Positions 39,748 through 49,035 of a stretch of DNA of 64,000 nucleotides are shown piece after piece. Source of the stretch: Candidatus Hermodarchaeota archaeon (GTDB lineage: Archaea > Asgardarchaeota > Lokiarchaeia > Sigyniarchaeales > SOKP01); NCBI GenBank assembly GCA_048885925.1, contig JBHLLG010000001.1:195105-259104 (forward strand), given 5' to 3'. The notes under the pieces were generated by a model. That model did no database searches, was not told the origin of the DNA, and saw only the letters and a list, made by a program, of their open reading frames with translations. The position numbers and the translations under genes were made by a program. The first letter of the stretch is position 1; every line of letters starts with the position of its first letter.

Positions 39748-40227
39748 ATGCCCATTAGAATTCGTTGGTTGTCAAAGGAATATTTTGGTATAGGGTTAAT
39801 GTTATTAGGAATGTGTGGAATGTTCCAAATATTTTTTATATCGATAGGTCAATATTTCTTAGCTATTGGAAGTTATTTCGTTGTAATATTAATACCAATT
39901 GGAATTTGGGTGGCTTTATTTTTTGCTACAATTATTATCTTTGAAAGTTATGCTCAAGTTGAGCGCAGAGAGAAATTAAGGAGTCGATTTCGAAAAGCGA
40001 AAATTAAAAGTTCAAAAATAAAGAAATTTTTTAATTTCCCAATAACAAAACCGTTATTATTAGTATTTCTGCTTTTCATTGGTTTTTTCTTTAGTCTATT
40101 CTTTATCTGTGTAACATTTTTAAATAGTTCTATGGCATTTTTAATAGCAGAAAATCTAAGTGCTCTTTTTTGCCTATTAATTGCTAATTTAATAGAGAAA
40201 AACTACGGTCGAGTTAAGAGATATTAA
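39748..40227 (+). CDS. small 4-TM membrane protein
   Basis: Two hydrophobic hairpins separated by a Lys/Arg-rich loop. Confidence 0.65.
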   Translation: MPIRIRWLSKEYFGIGLMLLGMCGMFQIFFISIGQYFLAIGSYFVVILIPIGIWVALFFATIIIFESYAQVERREKLRSRFRKAKIKSSKIKKFFNFPITKPLLLVFLLFIGFFFSLFFICVTFLNSSMAFLIAENLSALFCLLIANLIEKNYGRVKRY

Positions 40228-40376
40228 AAATAAAATCCATCTCAGATAATATATTGCTATAGAGCAAATTTATATAGGGATTAAGCAACATTTATTATAT
40301 AAAAAAAAGCTTTTAAAAAGTTTAATTTAATTAGAAATAAACAAGATTATTTAAAAATAACAATTTTTAACACATT

Positions 40377-41225
40377 ATGGCGAAAATCGAAATTCGATGT
40401 CCAATTTGTAAAAAATGGAGTCATATAGAGATTTCAGACGATCTACTTAAGAATGTGTCAAAGGGACTTTTAGCATTGAATATTACAACAGGAATGATAT
40501 GTGAACATTCATTTATCGCATATGTAGATAAAAATCTAAAAGTAAGAGACTGTTTAGTAGCAGATTTTAAAATAGAACTCCAAGAAAATTCAATGAGTCA
40601 AGCCACTGATGAGATTTTAAGTCCAGAAGCGGATATAATTAAGTTTGATCTAATTAAATTAAATTTGCCTGATTTATTAATTGTTAATATTTTAAGAACT
40701 ATATTTTTAAGGAAAAAGGCGGTAATACTTTCCGAGGAGCAGTTTTTATATAATCACATTATTAACTTTTTCAAATATATTACACAAAATTCATTTAAAT
40801 TTGATATAAATATTATATCTGAAGAAGATTATAAGAAGAATAAAAACGATTATGAGAGTCATATTATTTTAAAAAAACGAGAAGTTATTAGAGATAAAGA
40901 TAAAATAATTGACTTGAAGAGATTAGATTTTGAGAAGTCAATGGTTCAAAAATTTTTAGCAGAGTATGATGTAATGGCTGGTTTAGTCATATTAAAGAAT
41001 GAGATAAATAAAGCTTATGAATTTTCGAAAGAAATTGCAGAACTTATTGAAAGTCAGAGTGAAAAACCTATAACAGCTAAAATAATTATAAACTATCTCT
41101 CAGAAAAACATAAAGAGAAAATTCAAAAGCCATATTTAACATTTTTAATTGATATTGTTAAAAATTATTTTAAAGTTGATGTTCCTAAAATAGATGGAGT
41201 TACCAATCTGCTTGGATTATTATAA
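40377..41225 (+). CDS. Lokiarchaeal-type hypothetical protein with N-terminal zinc ribbon
   Basis: 'CPIC...CEHSFIAYVDKN..VR'; central alpha/beta segment; C-terminal helical region. Confidence 0.65.
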   Translation: MAKIEIRCPICKKWSHIEISDDLLKNVSKGLLALNITTGMICEHSFIAYVDKNLKVRDCLVADFKIELQENSMSQATDEILSPEADIIKFDLIKLNLPDLLIVNILRTIFLRKKAVILSEEQFLYNHIINFFKYITQNSFKFDINIISEEDYKKNKNDYESHIILKKREVIRDKDKIIDLKRLDFEKSMVQKFLAEYDVMAGLVILKNEINKAYEFSKEIAELIESQSEKPITAKIIINYLSEKHKEKIQKPYLTFLIDIVKNYFKVDVPKIDGVTNLLGLL

Positions 41226-41266
41226 ACGCTTCTTATACTCCATTGTTATAAATCACGATTTAGATT

Positions 41267-42241
41267 TTAAAAACTTATTGATAGAAAGTTAATAAAAATA
41301 AAGCAAAAAAAGACTGTTATTAAAACTAAACCTTTTACTTTATCTAAGGATCCCTTATATGATATATAATTGAAATATAATATTAATAATAGAAGAATAG
41401 ACCAATTCCATAATGAAATCCAAATAAATTGAATATTCAGTACTATTATTCCACTAATCCCAAAAGTCAAAGTTAAGTTCCAGATTAATTTCCCAATCAT
41501 TCCTCCTAAACCAATTTCAATACTTTGTTTTTTAATTGATTTTAGTATTAACGTTATTTCCTCTACATTAGTGACTATAGCAATAATGACAAAACCAAAG
41601 AAAGATTCAGGAATGGTGGTTAAGATTATAATATTTTCAGCAGAAATAATTAATAATTCGCCCCCTAAAAAGATAAAAATAAACCCAGTAATAACCATTA
41701 TAAATTTTTTAAATTTGTTAGCCTCAATATCTTTTTCTGTTGTTAATTGAATGTTATTTAATTCATCACTAATATTACTAATTGATGTTTTTTTCTCTGT
41801 AACATTCTTTAAACTCCTTATTAAATATGAAATATAGAGAATAATACAACAAATTCCAGCAAAAAGCAACCCTAAATAAAATAATATAGCTGATAAAATA
41901 CATAATAATGAAATGTAGATTAAATTAAAATAATATTGAGCAACTGGTTCAAAAGTAGTTTTATAAAATAAAGCAGTTAAAGCGAAGGGAACTGTTAATG
42001 CGGTTATAGAATTCCCAATTACATTTCCGACTGCGATATAAGGAAGATTATTAATCGCAGCAATAATCGATGCTATCGACTCCTCTGGATCAATACCAAG
42101 AATTAATAAACCAATAATAAAAGGAGATACTTTATAAAGAATACATAGAGCTTTCAAGTTATCTAAAAAGACGTCTACTGCGAAAAAAATTATGAAATAA
42201 CCCGCGATAAATGAAAAAATCCATAAAATTATATTCCACAT
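41267..42241 (-). CDS. sodium/calcium antiporter family (YrbG-like) protein
   Basis: About 10 TMs; alpha-repeat-like motifs 'IDPEE...AVGNVIGNS' and 'TNVEE...GGMIG'. Confidence 0.8.
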   Translation of the reverse strand: MWNIILWIFSFIAGYFIIFFAVDVFLDNLKALCILYKVSPFIIGLLILGIDPEESIASIIAAINNLPYIAVGNVIGNSITALTVPFALTALFYKTTFEPVAQYYFNLIYISLLCILSAILFYLGLLFAGICCIILYISYLIRSLKNVTEKKTSISNISDELNNIQLTTEKDIEANKFKKFIMVITGFIFIFLGGELLIISAENIIILTTIPESFFGFVIIAIVTNVEEITLILKSIKKQSIEIGLGGMIGKLIWNLTLTFGISGIIVLNIQFIWISLWNWSILLLLILYFNYISYKGSLDKVKGLVLITVFFCFIFINFLSISF

Positions 42242-42419
42242 TCTTAACTATTAGAAAAAGATGTCTCTATTTTTTTTAATTTTGGGATTATTGTAATTAT
42301 TGTTAAAATAGAATTATTTGAGTTTTGATATTTTGGTTATAATATATTTTTAAGTATTGCTTGAAGTAGATTAAAGTAAACTATCTTTTAAAAATACGAA
42401 ATTTCTTACGTCTAATTTA

Positions 42420-42571
42420 ATAAGAGTAGTTAATATTTATAAAAAAATAAAACCAAAAGAAATTGATTTATTTATATATACCCCAAATGAATTTAAACAC
42501 ATGACAGAGGATAACTTATTATTCAACATATTTTAAAAGAAAGAAGGGTTATTTATGAGCGAAATAAGTAA
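42420..42571 (+). pseudogene. remnant of a minimal nucleotidyltransferase (MNT) antitoxin gene, C-terminal part only, frameshifted
   Basis: Translates 'IRVVNIYKKIKPKEIDLFIYTPNEFKHM', then after a frameshift 'IQHILKERRVIYERNK*', the typical MNT C-terminus; overlaps the HEPN start; no GSxxxGxxxxxSDxD N-terminus found upstream. Confidence 0.65.
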
Positions 42572-42968
42572 ATATTCTAAAGAATCTAAAAGATGGTTGG
42601 ATCAAGCAATAGAAGATTTGAATAGTGCTAAAATATTATTTGAAAATGAACGCTGCTATCTTTTCTGTTTTATATCTCAACAAATTGTTGAAAACGCTTT
42701 AAAATCTGTAATTTATTTTAATAAGGAAGATCTTGTTCTAGGGCATTCATTTAAGAAATTAGCAGATTAGGCTGGCAGTTTCGATGATAGGTTTATAAAA
42801 TTAAGTAAAGAAATTTCTATTTTAGATAGTTATTATATTCCAACTAGATATCCTAATGGATTACCAGAAGGAATACCTGCTGAAGTTTTTAATAAAAAAG
42901 CTGCTAATGATGCATTAGATTTAGCTGAAACTACTATTAAACTAGTAAAATTATACTTAAACTCATAA
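42555..42968 (+). pseudogene. HEPN-domain gene interrupted by an in-frame TAG
   Basis: 'WLDQAIEDLNSAKIL...SQQIVENALKS...GHS'; TAG at 42768-42770; the same frame continues 'AGSFDDRF...LDSYYIPTRYPNGLP...' to TAA at 42968 (137 codons in total). Confidence 0.8.
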
Positions 42969-42983
42969 ATTAATCGATATCTT

Positions 42984-43003
42984 CGTGAAACAGCCCTTTC
43001 ACG
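42984..43003 (+). terminator. short perfect hairpin after the HEPN gene, putative terminator
   Basis: CGTGAAA-CAGCCC-TTTCACG followed by CTATTTT. Confidence 0.35.
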
Positions 43004-43132
43004 CTATTTTATATATCTTAAGAGAGTTCCTCAATAATATCTGAGAATTATCAACTCAACTATTATATAACGTATTTTGAAATTTGAATGATATAAAAAA
43101 CCTTTAATAACAATATGATTGAAACTTAATTT

Positions 43133-43966
43133 ATGAAGTATGAACAACTAATATATGAAGATAAGGGAAATGTAGTTTGGATTACTCTCAATAGACCAGA
43201 AGTATTGAATGCATTAAGTATGCAACTCTCAGACGAGATTGTATATGCTATTGAAGAAATCCGCAAGTCAACAAAAATTAAGTTTCTTGTAATAAAGGGT
43301 GCTGGCAATAATTTCAGTGTGGGAGATGATATTAAGGAAATGTTAAATTGGGGGAACGCTAATGACATAACTCGTCGCGTACGTTATTATCAAAATATGG
43401 CAAATCAATTAGAAGAATTAGATAAAATAACAATCGCAGCGGTTGATGGTTATGCTGTTGGAGGTGGACTGGAAATTACAATGGCATGCGATTTTGTTAT
43501 TGCTACAGAGAGAGCTAAATGGGGTATGCCCGAAGTTGATGTTGGTATCACTCCTGGTTGGGGTGGCACTACACGCTTAGCAAGACTGATAGGTAGGCGT
43601 CGAGCTAAAGAAATAAATTTAATAGGTGCTTTGCATTCAGCAAGAAGAGCTGTTGAGTGGAATTTGTGGAATCGTGTTGTTTCCAATGATCAGCTTGATT
43701 CAGAAGTTGAAAAATTGCTAGAAGTTTTAAGTTCGAAGAATCAACAAGGCCTACGACAGTTAAAATTTATAATTAATCGCGGAGTTGAATGTGATTTATA
43801 TACAGCACAAGGTTTTGAAGTATTATCCGGAGCATTAACTGCAGCTGTTAGTGGAATGTGGCAAGTTAAAGATGCAGACAAAGGTGCAGGTATAATAGGA
43901 TTTTCTAAAAAAAATGAGCTCTGGGAAAAACGACGAGATCTAGCAAAAAATTTCTGGTCCGATTAA
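43133..43966 (+). CDS. enoyl-CoA hydratase/isomerase family protein
   Basis: 'ITLNRPEVLNAL', 'FSVGDDI', 'GGGLE', 'PEVDVGITPGWGG'. Confidence 0.92.
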   Translation: MKYEQLIYEDKGNVVWITLNRPEVLNALSMQLSDEIVYAIEEIRKSTKIKFLVIKGAGNNFSVGDDIKEMLNWGNANDITRRVRYYQNMANQLEELDKITIAAVDGYAVGGGLEITMACDFVIATERAKWGMPEVDVGITPGWGGTTRLARLIGRRRAKEINLIGALHSARRAVEWNLWNRVVSNDQLDSEVEKLLEVLSSKNQQGLRQLKFIINRGVECDLYTAQGFEVLSGALTAAVSGMWQVKDADKGAGIIGFSKKNELWEKRRDLAKNFWSD

Positions 43967-44059
43967 TCATCCATTTGAAATTAGGTTTCTAGACATTTTA
44001 ACAACTAAATTCTTAATTTTATCTAAGAAAAACATCCCCATCAAAACAAAATAAAAACA

Positions 44060-44162
44060 TGCGCCGCCCGGGAATTGAACCCGGGTCGCCAGGTTTGTGC
44101 GAATTATGCTTTTCTGCTTAGTTCATGGCAACCTGGCATACTGACCACTATACTAGCAGCGC
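44060..44162 (-). tRNA. tRNA-Gly(GCC) with a 31-nt canonical 37/38 intron
   Basis: Reverse complement GCGCTGC-TA-GTAT-AGTGGTCA-GTAT-G-CCAGG-TTGCCA-[intron 44095-44125]-A-CCTGG-CGAC-CCGGG-TTCAATT-CCCGG-GCGGCGC-A; BHB-like motif with CAT and AAA bulges. Confidence 0.93.
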
Positions 44163-44214
44163 ATTTTATAAATAATAAGAAAGTATGAAAAAATTAAAAT
44201 TTAATTATTCTTCG

Positions 44215-45237
44215 TTATACTATTTCAGAAATAACTTGTTTGATTGTATTATTATTTATAAAATCTTCAAGTTGTCCTAGACTATTTGGTAATCCGTGTC
44301 GAACTCCAACTTCCTTACATTCTAAATAAGACATCGCTGTTGCCATTTTAGAAGTTTTTTCAAGAGAAAAGTTATTTAGTCTAGAAATTAGGATTCCCGT
44401 CAAAAATGCATCTCCTGCTCCTGTAGTATCTTCAACTTTTCCAACAGAATAAACACCGCTATTAATAATTATTTTACCATCCGATATTATTGAGCCATTA
44501 GGACCATCAGTAATAGAAATTAGTTGTATCCCCATTTCTAAGAAATGTTTAATCATAAGAGTTTTTTTATTTTCACCAGTAAACTCTTGAGCCTCTTCTA
44601 AATTCAATGATACAATATCAGAATTTGAAATCAAGATTTTTGCCCAATGTGGAGCATTTTTAATTATTGACATGCTAGGAGCAGCACAAACAAGCCCTCC
44701 TTGGTTTTTAGTGAAAGTAATTGCTTTTTGTATAGCTTTACAAGCTTCATCCTCTGTTAAAGAAGTCCACGCAAAAGCTTTGATGTTATTAAACAGCTCT
44801 TCTTTGACATCTGAGGGTTTTAATAGATTATTTGCACCTTTATAGGCAAGAATGCTTCGATCTTTTCCCCAAGGTGTTTTTAGTATAATTGATAAAGCTG
44901 TAGTATCCTTATCAGTCTGAATTACCTGAGATAAATCTACTCCACGTTTCTTTAGATCTGTTAAACATATCTCTGCTGAGAAATCATTGCCCATTACTCC
45001 AATATATGCAGTTTTTAATCCTAACATGGAACAATCTGCTGCTATATTTGCTCCTGATCCTCCAGGTACAAATCTAACATTTTTAACATTCAACTTACGC
45101 GAGTATTCGATTGCGGTATACTTTTTCACAATCTCCTTATCGAATAATTCAAACCTTATAATATCATCAATGTCAATTATTATATCTAAGGTGTTACTTC
45201 CGATCGCAATTAATTCAGGTAAATTCAAAATATTCAC
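44215..45237 (-). CDS. PfkB/ribokinase family carbohydrate kinase
   Basis: 'GGSGANIA', 'NLEEA', 'ITDGPNG', 'DTTGAGDAF'. Confidence 0.9.
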   Translation of the reverse strand: MNILNLPELIAIGSNTLDIIIDIDDIIRFELFDKEIVKKYTAIEYSRKLNVKNVRFVPGGSGANIAADCSMLGLKTAYIGVMGNDFSAEICLTDLKKRGVDLSQVIQTDKDTTALSIILKTPWGKDRSILAYKGANNLLKPSDVKEELFNNIKAFAWTSLTEDEACKAIQKAITFTKNQGGLVCAAPSMSIIKNAPHWAKILISNSDIVSLNLEEAQEFTGENKKTLMIKHFLEMGIQLISITDGPNGSIISDGKIIINSGVYSVGKVEDTTGAGDAFLTGILISRLNNFSLEKTSKMATAMSYLECKEVGVRHGLPNSLGQLEDFINNNTIKQVISEIV

Positions 45238-45368
45238 TAAAATGAAATTAAAATATTGATTTATAGAATAAGTTGAAAATAGAACATAGACTTTTAATAA
45301 TTTTGCTAAGAAATACTTTTTTTAATATTAAAGGAAAAAATCAGAAACTTGGTTTTTTTAAAAGGTTT

Positions 45369-45920
45369 TCAAAGATTTTCTTTACTACTGGAAATAAGAT
45401 CCTTCATCCTATTTATCATGCGATTTGTAAGCTCGAGAAATGCAAATTCAACATTTTCTCCTGTTTTAGCTGATGTTTCCATGTAAAAACAATCTTCCTT
45501 TTTCACATATTCTTCAATGTCACTTCTATCTATAATCCGACCAATTTCAGGCATTAAATCGGATTTATTCCCAATAATTATTTTTGGTATATTATTACTT
45601 ACAATATTATTCATTTCTGCAATCCAAGTTTTCATATCTGAAAATGTTTGTTGTCTTGAAAGATCAAATATAATCAACGCACCAAATGCACCGTCATAAA
45701 AGCTACGATGAAGAAATTTAAATCTTTCTTGGCCTCCTATATCCCAAATATGAAGCTTGACAAATTTTGAGGGTTTATATTCTAGTGTTTTTGTTAAGAA
45801 GTCCACGCCAATAGTTAAAGCATATTTTAAAGTGAATTCATTATGTACAAACCTATTTATTAGACTTGTTTTGCCCACCGCACCAGGTCCAATAAGAATT
45901 ACTTTAAACGTATAGTCCAT
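45369..45920 (-). CDS. Rab-like small GTPase
   Basis: G1 GPGAVGKT, G2/RabF1 'TIGVDF', G3 'WDIGGQE', 'RF..L..SFY.GA', G4 NKSD, G5 ETSAK; no C-terminal Cys prenylation motif. Confidence 0.93.
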   Translation of the reverse strand: MDYTFKVILIGPGAVGKTSLINRFVHNEFTLKYALTIGVDFLTKTLEYKPSKFVKLHIWDIGGQERFKFLHRSFYDGAFGALIIFDLSRQQTFSDMKTWIAEMNNIVSNNIPKIIIGNKSDLMPEIGRIIDRSDIEEYVKKEDCFYMETSAKTGENVEFAFLELTNRMINRMKDLISSSKENL

Positions 45921-46073
45921 TCTAGAAATTTTAATTTTATAATTAAATCTATAATCATTTATTATACTTTTAAATTTGATCTAAAGAAAATATTTTTACT
46001 GACTTTAATTTCCTATGTGTTAAAATTAGATTTTAGATAAAATTTAAATTAAGTTAAGAACAAAAAAATAATT

Positions 46074-46703
46074 TCATTCGTCTGATTTCAATCGCTTTAA
46101 TTCCTTCTCTAATTCGGCAATTTTTTCATCTGAACCTGCACTCGGGAGTGCTACGCCCATTTCTACTTGGATTTCAGCATCTATTTCTCCTAAAACTTCA
46201 TTAACATCTGAGTCTGTGACCGCTGTGTCAATTGTGATACTATCCATACCTTCTGTTGCAATATCAGCAGTAACTGCAAATTCCTCCATATCAACATCGA
46301 TTTGGCTCATTAATTCTGTAAGTTGTGGGACAGAAAGTTGACTTTTTAAGGCTGATAAAGATTGAGCAATGCCTGTCATAATCTGAGCTACATCTTTAAC
46401 TGCTGTTGCTTGTTCTAATTTAAACAGTAGCCCTTCTAGATTTGTACGGAAGATTTCCACAGCCCTAGACTGTTTTTTTACTTGAAGATAATTGCGTGCG
46501 TGAAATTTAGAACCCTCCATATCACCTTGCCTTCTTAGGTTTACAGCTTTATCTCTAGCCAATTTTGCACTCATCTCTAACTTTTTCGTTTGTCGCATCA
46601 ATCTTTTATTAAATACTTTCAATTTAACTGCTGCGGAACGGACATTGTCTTTATCCCTTTTTCCCCCAGAGAGCCATTTTGAGATATCTTTAAGAAAACC
46701 CAT
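46074..46703 (-). CDS. ESCRT-III subunit, Snf7 family (Vps2/24/46 class)
   Basis: Likely start MGFLKDISKWLSG (amphipathic helix); long helical hairpin with 'AKLARDKAV...G....SKFHARNY'; C-terminal MIM1-like 'IAELEKELKRLK'. Confidence 0.88.
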   Translation of the reverse strand: MGFLKDISKWLSGGKRDKDNVRSAAVKLKVFNKRLMRQTKKLEMSAKLARDKAVNLRRQGDMEGSKFHARNYLQVKKQSRAVEIFRTNLEGLLFKLEQATAVKDVAQIMTGIAQSLSALKSQLSVPQLTELMSQIDVDMEEFAVTADIATEGMDSITIDTAVTDSDVNEVLGEIDAEIQVEMGVALPSAGSDEKIAELEKELKRLKSDE

Positions 46704-46886
46704 AATTATCAAGACTAATTATTATATAATATATAAATAGCTAGAATGTATATATAATTTTTTGGAGACCAGTAATTATTCAAGCGTTTTAATCAGAAAA
46801 TTTGATATATGCAAATAAAATTATTAATTATAATAATGCTAAATTAAATTAGCTTTAAATAGAAAAATTGTTTTGATTTAGTTATA

Positions 46887-48107
46887 ATGTCATCAGTAGA
46901 TTCGAAACTTTATCAATATGCTGTTCAAACAGCAAAACAAGCGGTATTGTTGGATAGCCAAGGTAAGTTTAGGCAAGCAATTAATCAATATCAACGAGCA
47001 GCCGAAATCTTGATGCAATTTATGAAATATAATAAAAATCCTCAAATGAGAATGCTTTGCCAAAAAAATATCGAAGAATATGTTGAGCGAGCAAAAATTC
47101 TAAAATCCCATTTAAGTGGGGTAAGACCCAGACATGTAAAGCATATTGAAGGTTCACCCGAAAGTAAAACTACTGAAGATGCTAAGTCCAATATGGGTGC
47201 TGTATCTTCAGAAGAGCAAGAATTAATTGATATGATTTCAGGTACAATTGTAACAGAATCGCCGAATGTTAAATGGAATGATATTGCTGGCTTGGAATCT
47301 GTTAAGCAAGCTTTAAGGGAGGCTATAGTATTACCAATAGCAAAACCAGAATTATTTACAGGTGCAAGAAAACCTTGGTCTGGTATTTTATTATTTGGAC
47401 CACCAGGATGTGGTAAAACCTTATTAGCTAAAGCGGCTGCAACCGAATGTAAAGCCACATTTTTTAGTGCTTCTTCAGCTGATTTATTAAGTAAATGGTT
47501 AGGTGAAAGTGAAAAGTTAATAAGTTCACTATTTAAAGTTGCGCGTTTAAAAGCGCCAAGTTTAATATTTATGGATGAGATAGATTCGGTTGCAACTAAA
47601 AGAGGAGAGGGATCCGAGAGTGGTGGTGAAAGACGTGTAAAAACCCAACTTTTAAGTGAAATTCAAGGGTTAAAGTCTACTCACGACAAACCACTATTAG
47701 TTTTAGGTGCTACAAACCGTCCCTGGGATATTGATAATGCTATGTTAAGTCGATTTGAAAAAAGAGTACATGTACCCCTTCCTGATTTAAAGGCTAGAAT
47801 AGGTATTTTTAAAATCCATACTGAGGGAGTTAATACATCATTAACAGTTGAGGATTATGTTGAATTAGGTGTAAGAACTGAAGGTTATTCCGGGAGGGAT
47901 ATTGCGAATGTATGCCGTGAAGTTATAATGCTCCCTGTACGTGAACTGGATATGAGCGGCCTTTTAGAAAACTCAGATAAAGAAGTAAAAGTAAGGGATA
48001 TCAATTTGAAAGATTTTAAAAAAACGCTTAAAAAAGTAAAACCAATGATCAGTAAAGCTTTATTAAAACAATACAATGATTGGGCTGAAGAATTCGGAGA
48101 AGTTTAA
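46887..48107 (+). CDS. vps4: Vps4 AAA+ ATPase with N-terminal MIT domain
   Basis: MIT 'AKQAVLLDSQG...AI..Y...Y..RAK.LK'; 'PNVKWNDIAGLE', GPPGCGKT, pore loop 'SKWLGESEK', DEID, 'GATNRPW', 'YNDWAEEFG'. Confidence 0.95.
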   Translation: MSSVDSKLYQYAVQTAKQAVLLDSQGKFRQAINQYQRAAEILMQFMKYNKNPQMRMLCQKNIEEYVERAKILKSHLSGVRPRHVKHIEGSPESKTTEDAKSNMGAVSSEEQELIDMISGTIVTESPNVKWNDIAGLESVKQALREAIVLPIAKPELFTGARKPWSGILLFGPPGCGKTLLAKAAATECKATFFSASSADLLSKWLGESEKLISSLFKVARLKAPSLIFMDEIDSVATKRGEGSESGGERRVKTQLLSEIQGLKSTHDKPLLVLGATNRPWDIDNAMLSRFEKRVHVPLPDLKARIGIFKIHTEGVNTSLTVEDYVELGVRTEGYSGRDIANVCREVIMLPVRELDMSGLLENSDKEVKVRDINLKDFKKTLKKVKPMISKALLKQYNDWAEEFGEV

Positions 48108-48127
48108 CAAAATCATTGAGGGTTAGA

Positions 48128-49021
48128 ATGGAAAAGCAAAGAGAAAACTCCACTGAACTTTCACAGGAAGTTAAAGAAAGAGCTGAAAAAGAGTTAGAGG
48201 AATTGAGGAAAGAACTTGCGAGATTAAGACAATTAAAACAAGAAAAAGAACAATTAGAAATCGAAGCTACTCAGAAAGAAATTATTAAACAAGATGAAGT
48301 TAAATCTACTGAATTAGATTATATAGAAGATCAATTCGATAAACTCCAAGATATATTATCTTCTAAACTGGGAGAATTAGATCAACAATTATATCGACAA
48401 CATGCTGACCAAATCGAAACTGAATTACAATCCCTTGAAGAAGAAATTATCGGGGAAAAGGGCTTAATCGAGAAAAAATTAACTGCTTATGAGAATTTAT
48501 TAAAAGCATATCCTTGGCTCGAAGAAGAACGTAAAAAATTCATGTACACTATGCCTGATAAAAATAAAAATAAAAATGATTATATTTCATGGAAAATAGA
48601 GTGGGCAAAAGTTCTTTTTGATTATGCTAGATTTGCAGTTCTTCATATAATATTTACAAGAGAATTAATTACCCATAAACCTTTTTCAAATTTTACCCAA
48701 CGAGAAGAATATATCATAGAAATTGCTGAATATTTAATTAATAATAATCAAGCTAAATGGCTTTCAAAAAAGAAAGAAAAGTTAAGAATATATTGGAAAA
48801 CGCTTGAAGGCTGGTCAGAAGAGATATACAACTGGGCATATGAAAACGGAAAAATTGAACCCATCATGATTTATGAACTGAGAGAGGCAAGACAAGAAGA
48901 TTTCAGTAAACTCCCAATAGAAGATCTTGAAGAAATTTTTAAGATTTTAGCAAAAAATCGTAAAGCAAAGGTTTTAAAATTAGAAGATGGTCAATTAGCG
49001 TTTAAAATTAGATTAGAATAA
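48128..49021 (+). CDS. vps25: ESCRT-II Vps25-like protein with N-terminal coiled coil
   Basis: 'YPW...FMYTMP...W...W' and 'YWKTLEGWSEEIYNWAYENG' match the Vps25 winged helices; ATG at 48128 preferred over TTG at 48116. Confidence 0.8.
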   Translation: MEKQRENSTELSQEVKERAEKELEELRKELARLRQLKQEKEQLEIEATQKEIIKQDEVKSTELDYIEDQFDKLQDILSSKLGELDQQLYRQHADQIETELQSLEEEIIGEKGLIEKKLTAYENLLKAYPWLEEERKKFMYTMPDKNKNKNDYISWKIEWAKVLFDYARFAVLHIIFTRELITHKPFSNFTQREEYIIEIAEYLINNNQAKWLSKKKEKLRIYWKTLEGWSEEIYNWAYENGKIEPIMIYELREARQEDFSKLPIEDLEEIFKILAKNRKAKVLKLEDGQLAFKIRLE

Positions 49022-49035
49022 CTTAATAGTTATTT

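Noticed and set aside
39590-39793. 67-aa ORF in the ORF track
   Set aside because: It overlaps the tRNA-Val gene entirely and the next CDS in part; spurious
42768-42770. Pyrrolysine or amber recoding of the HEPN TAG
   Set aside because: TAG is an ordinary stop for rps15 and other genes here, the partner MNT is also decayed, and no pyl genes are in the window
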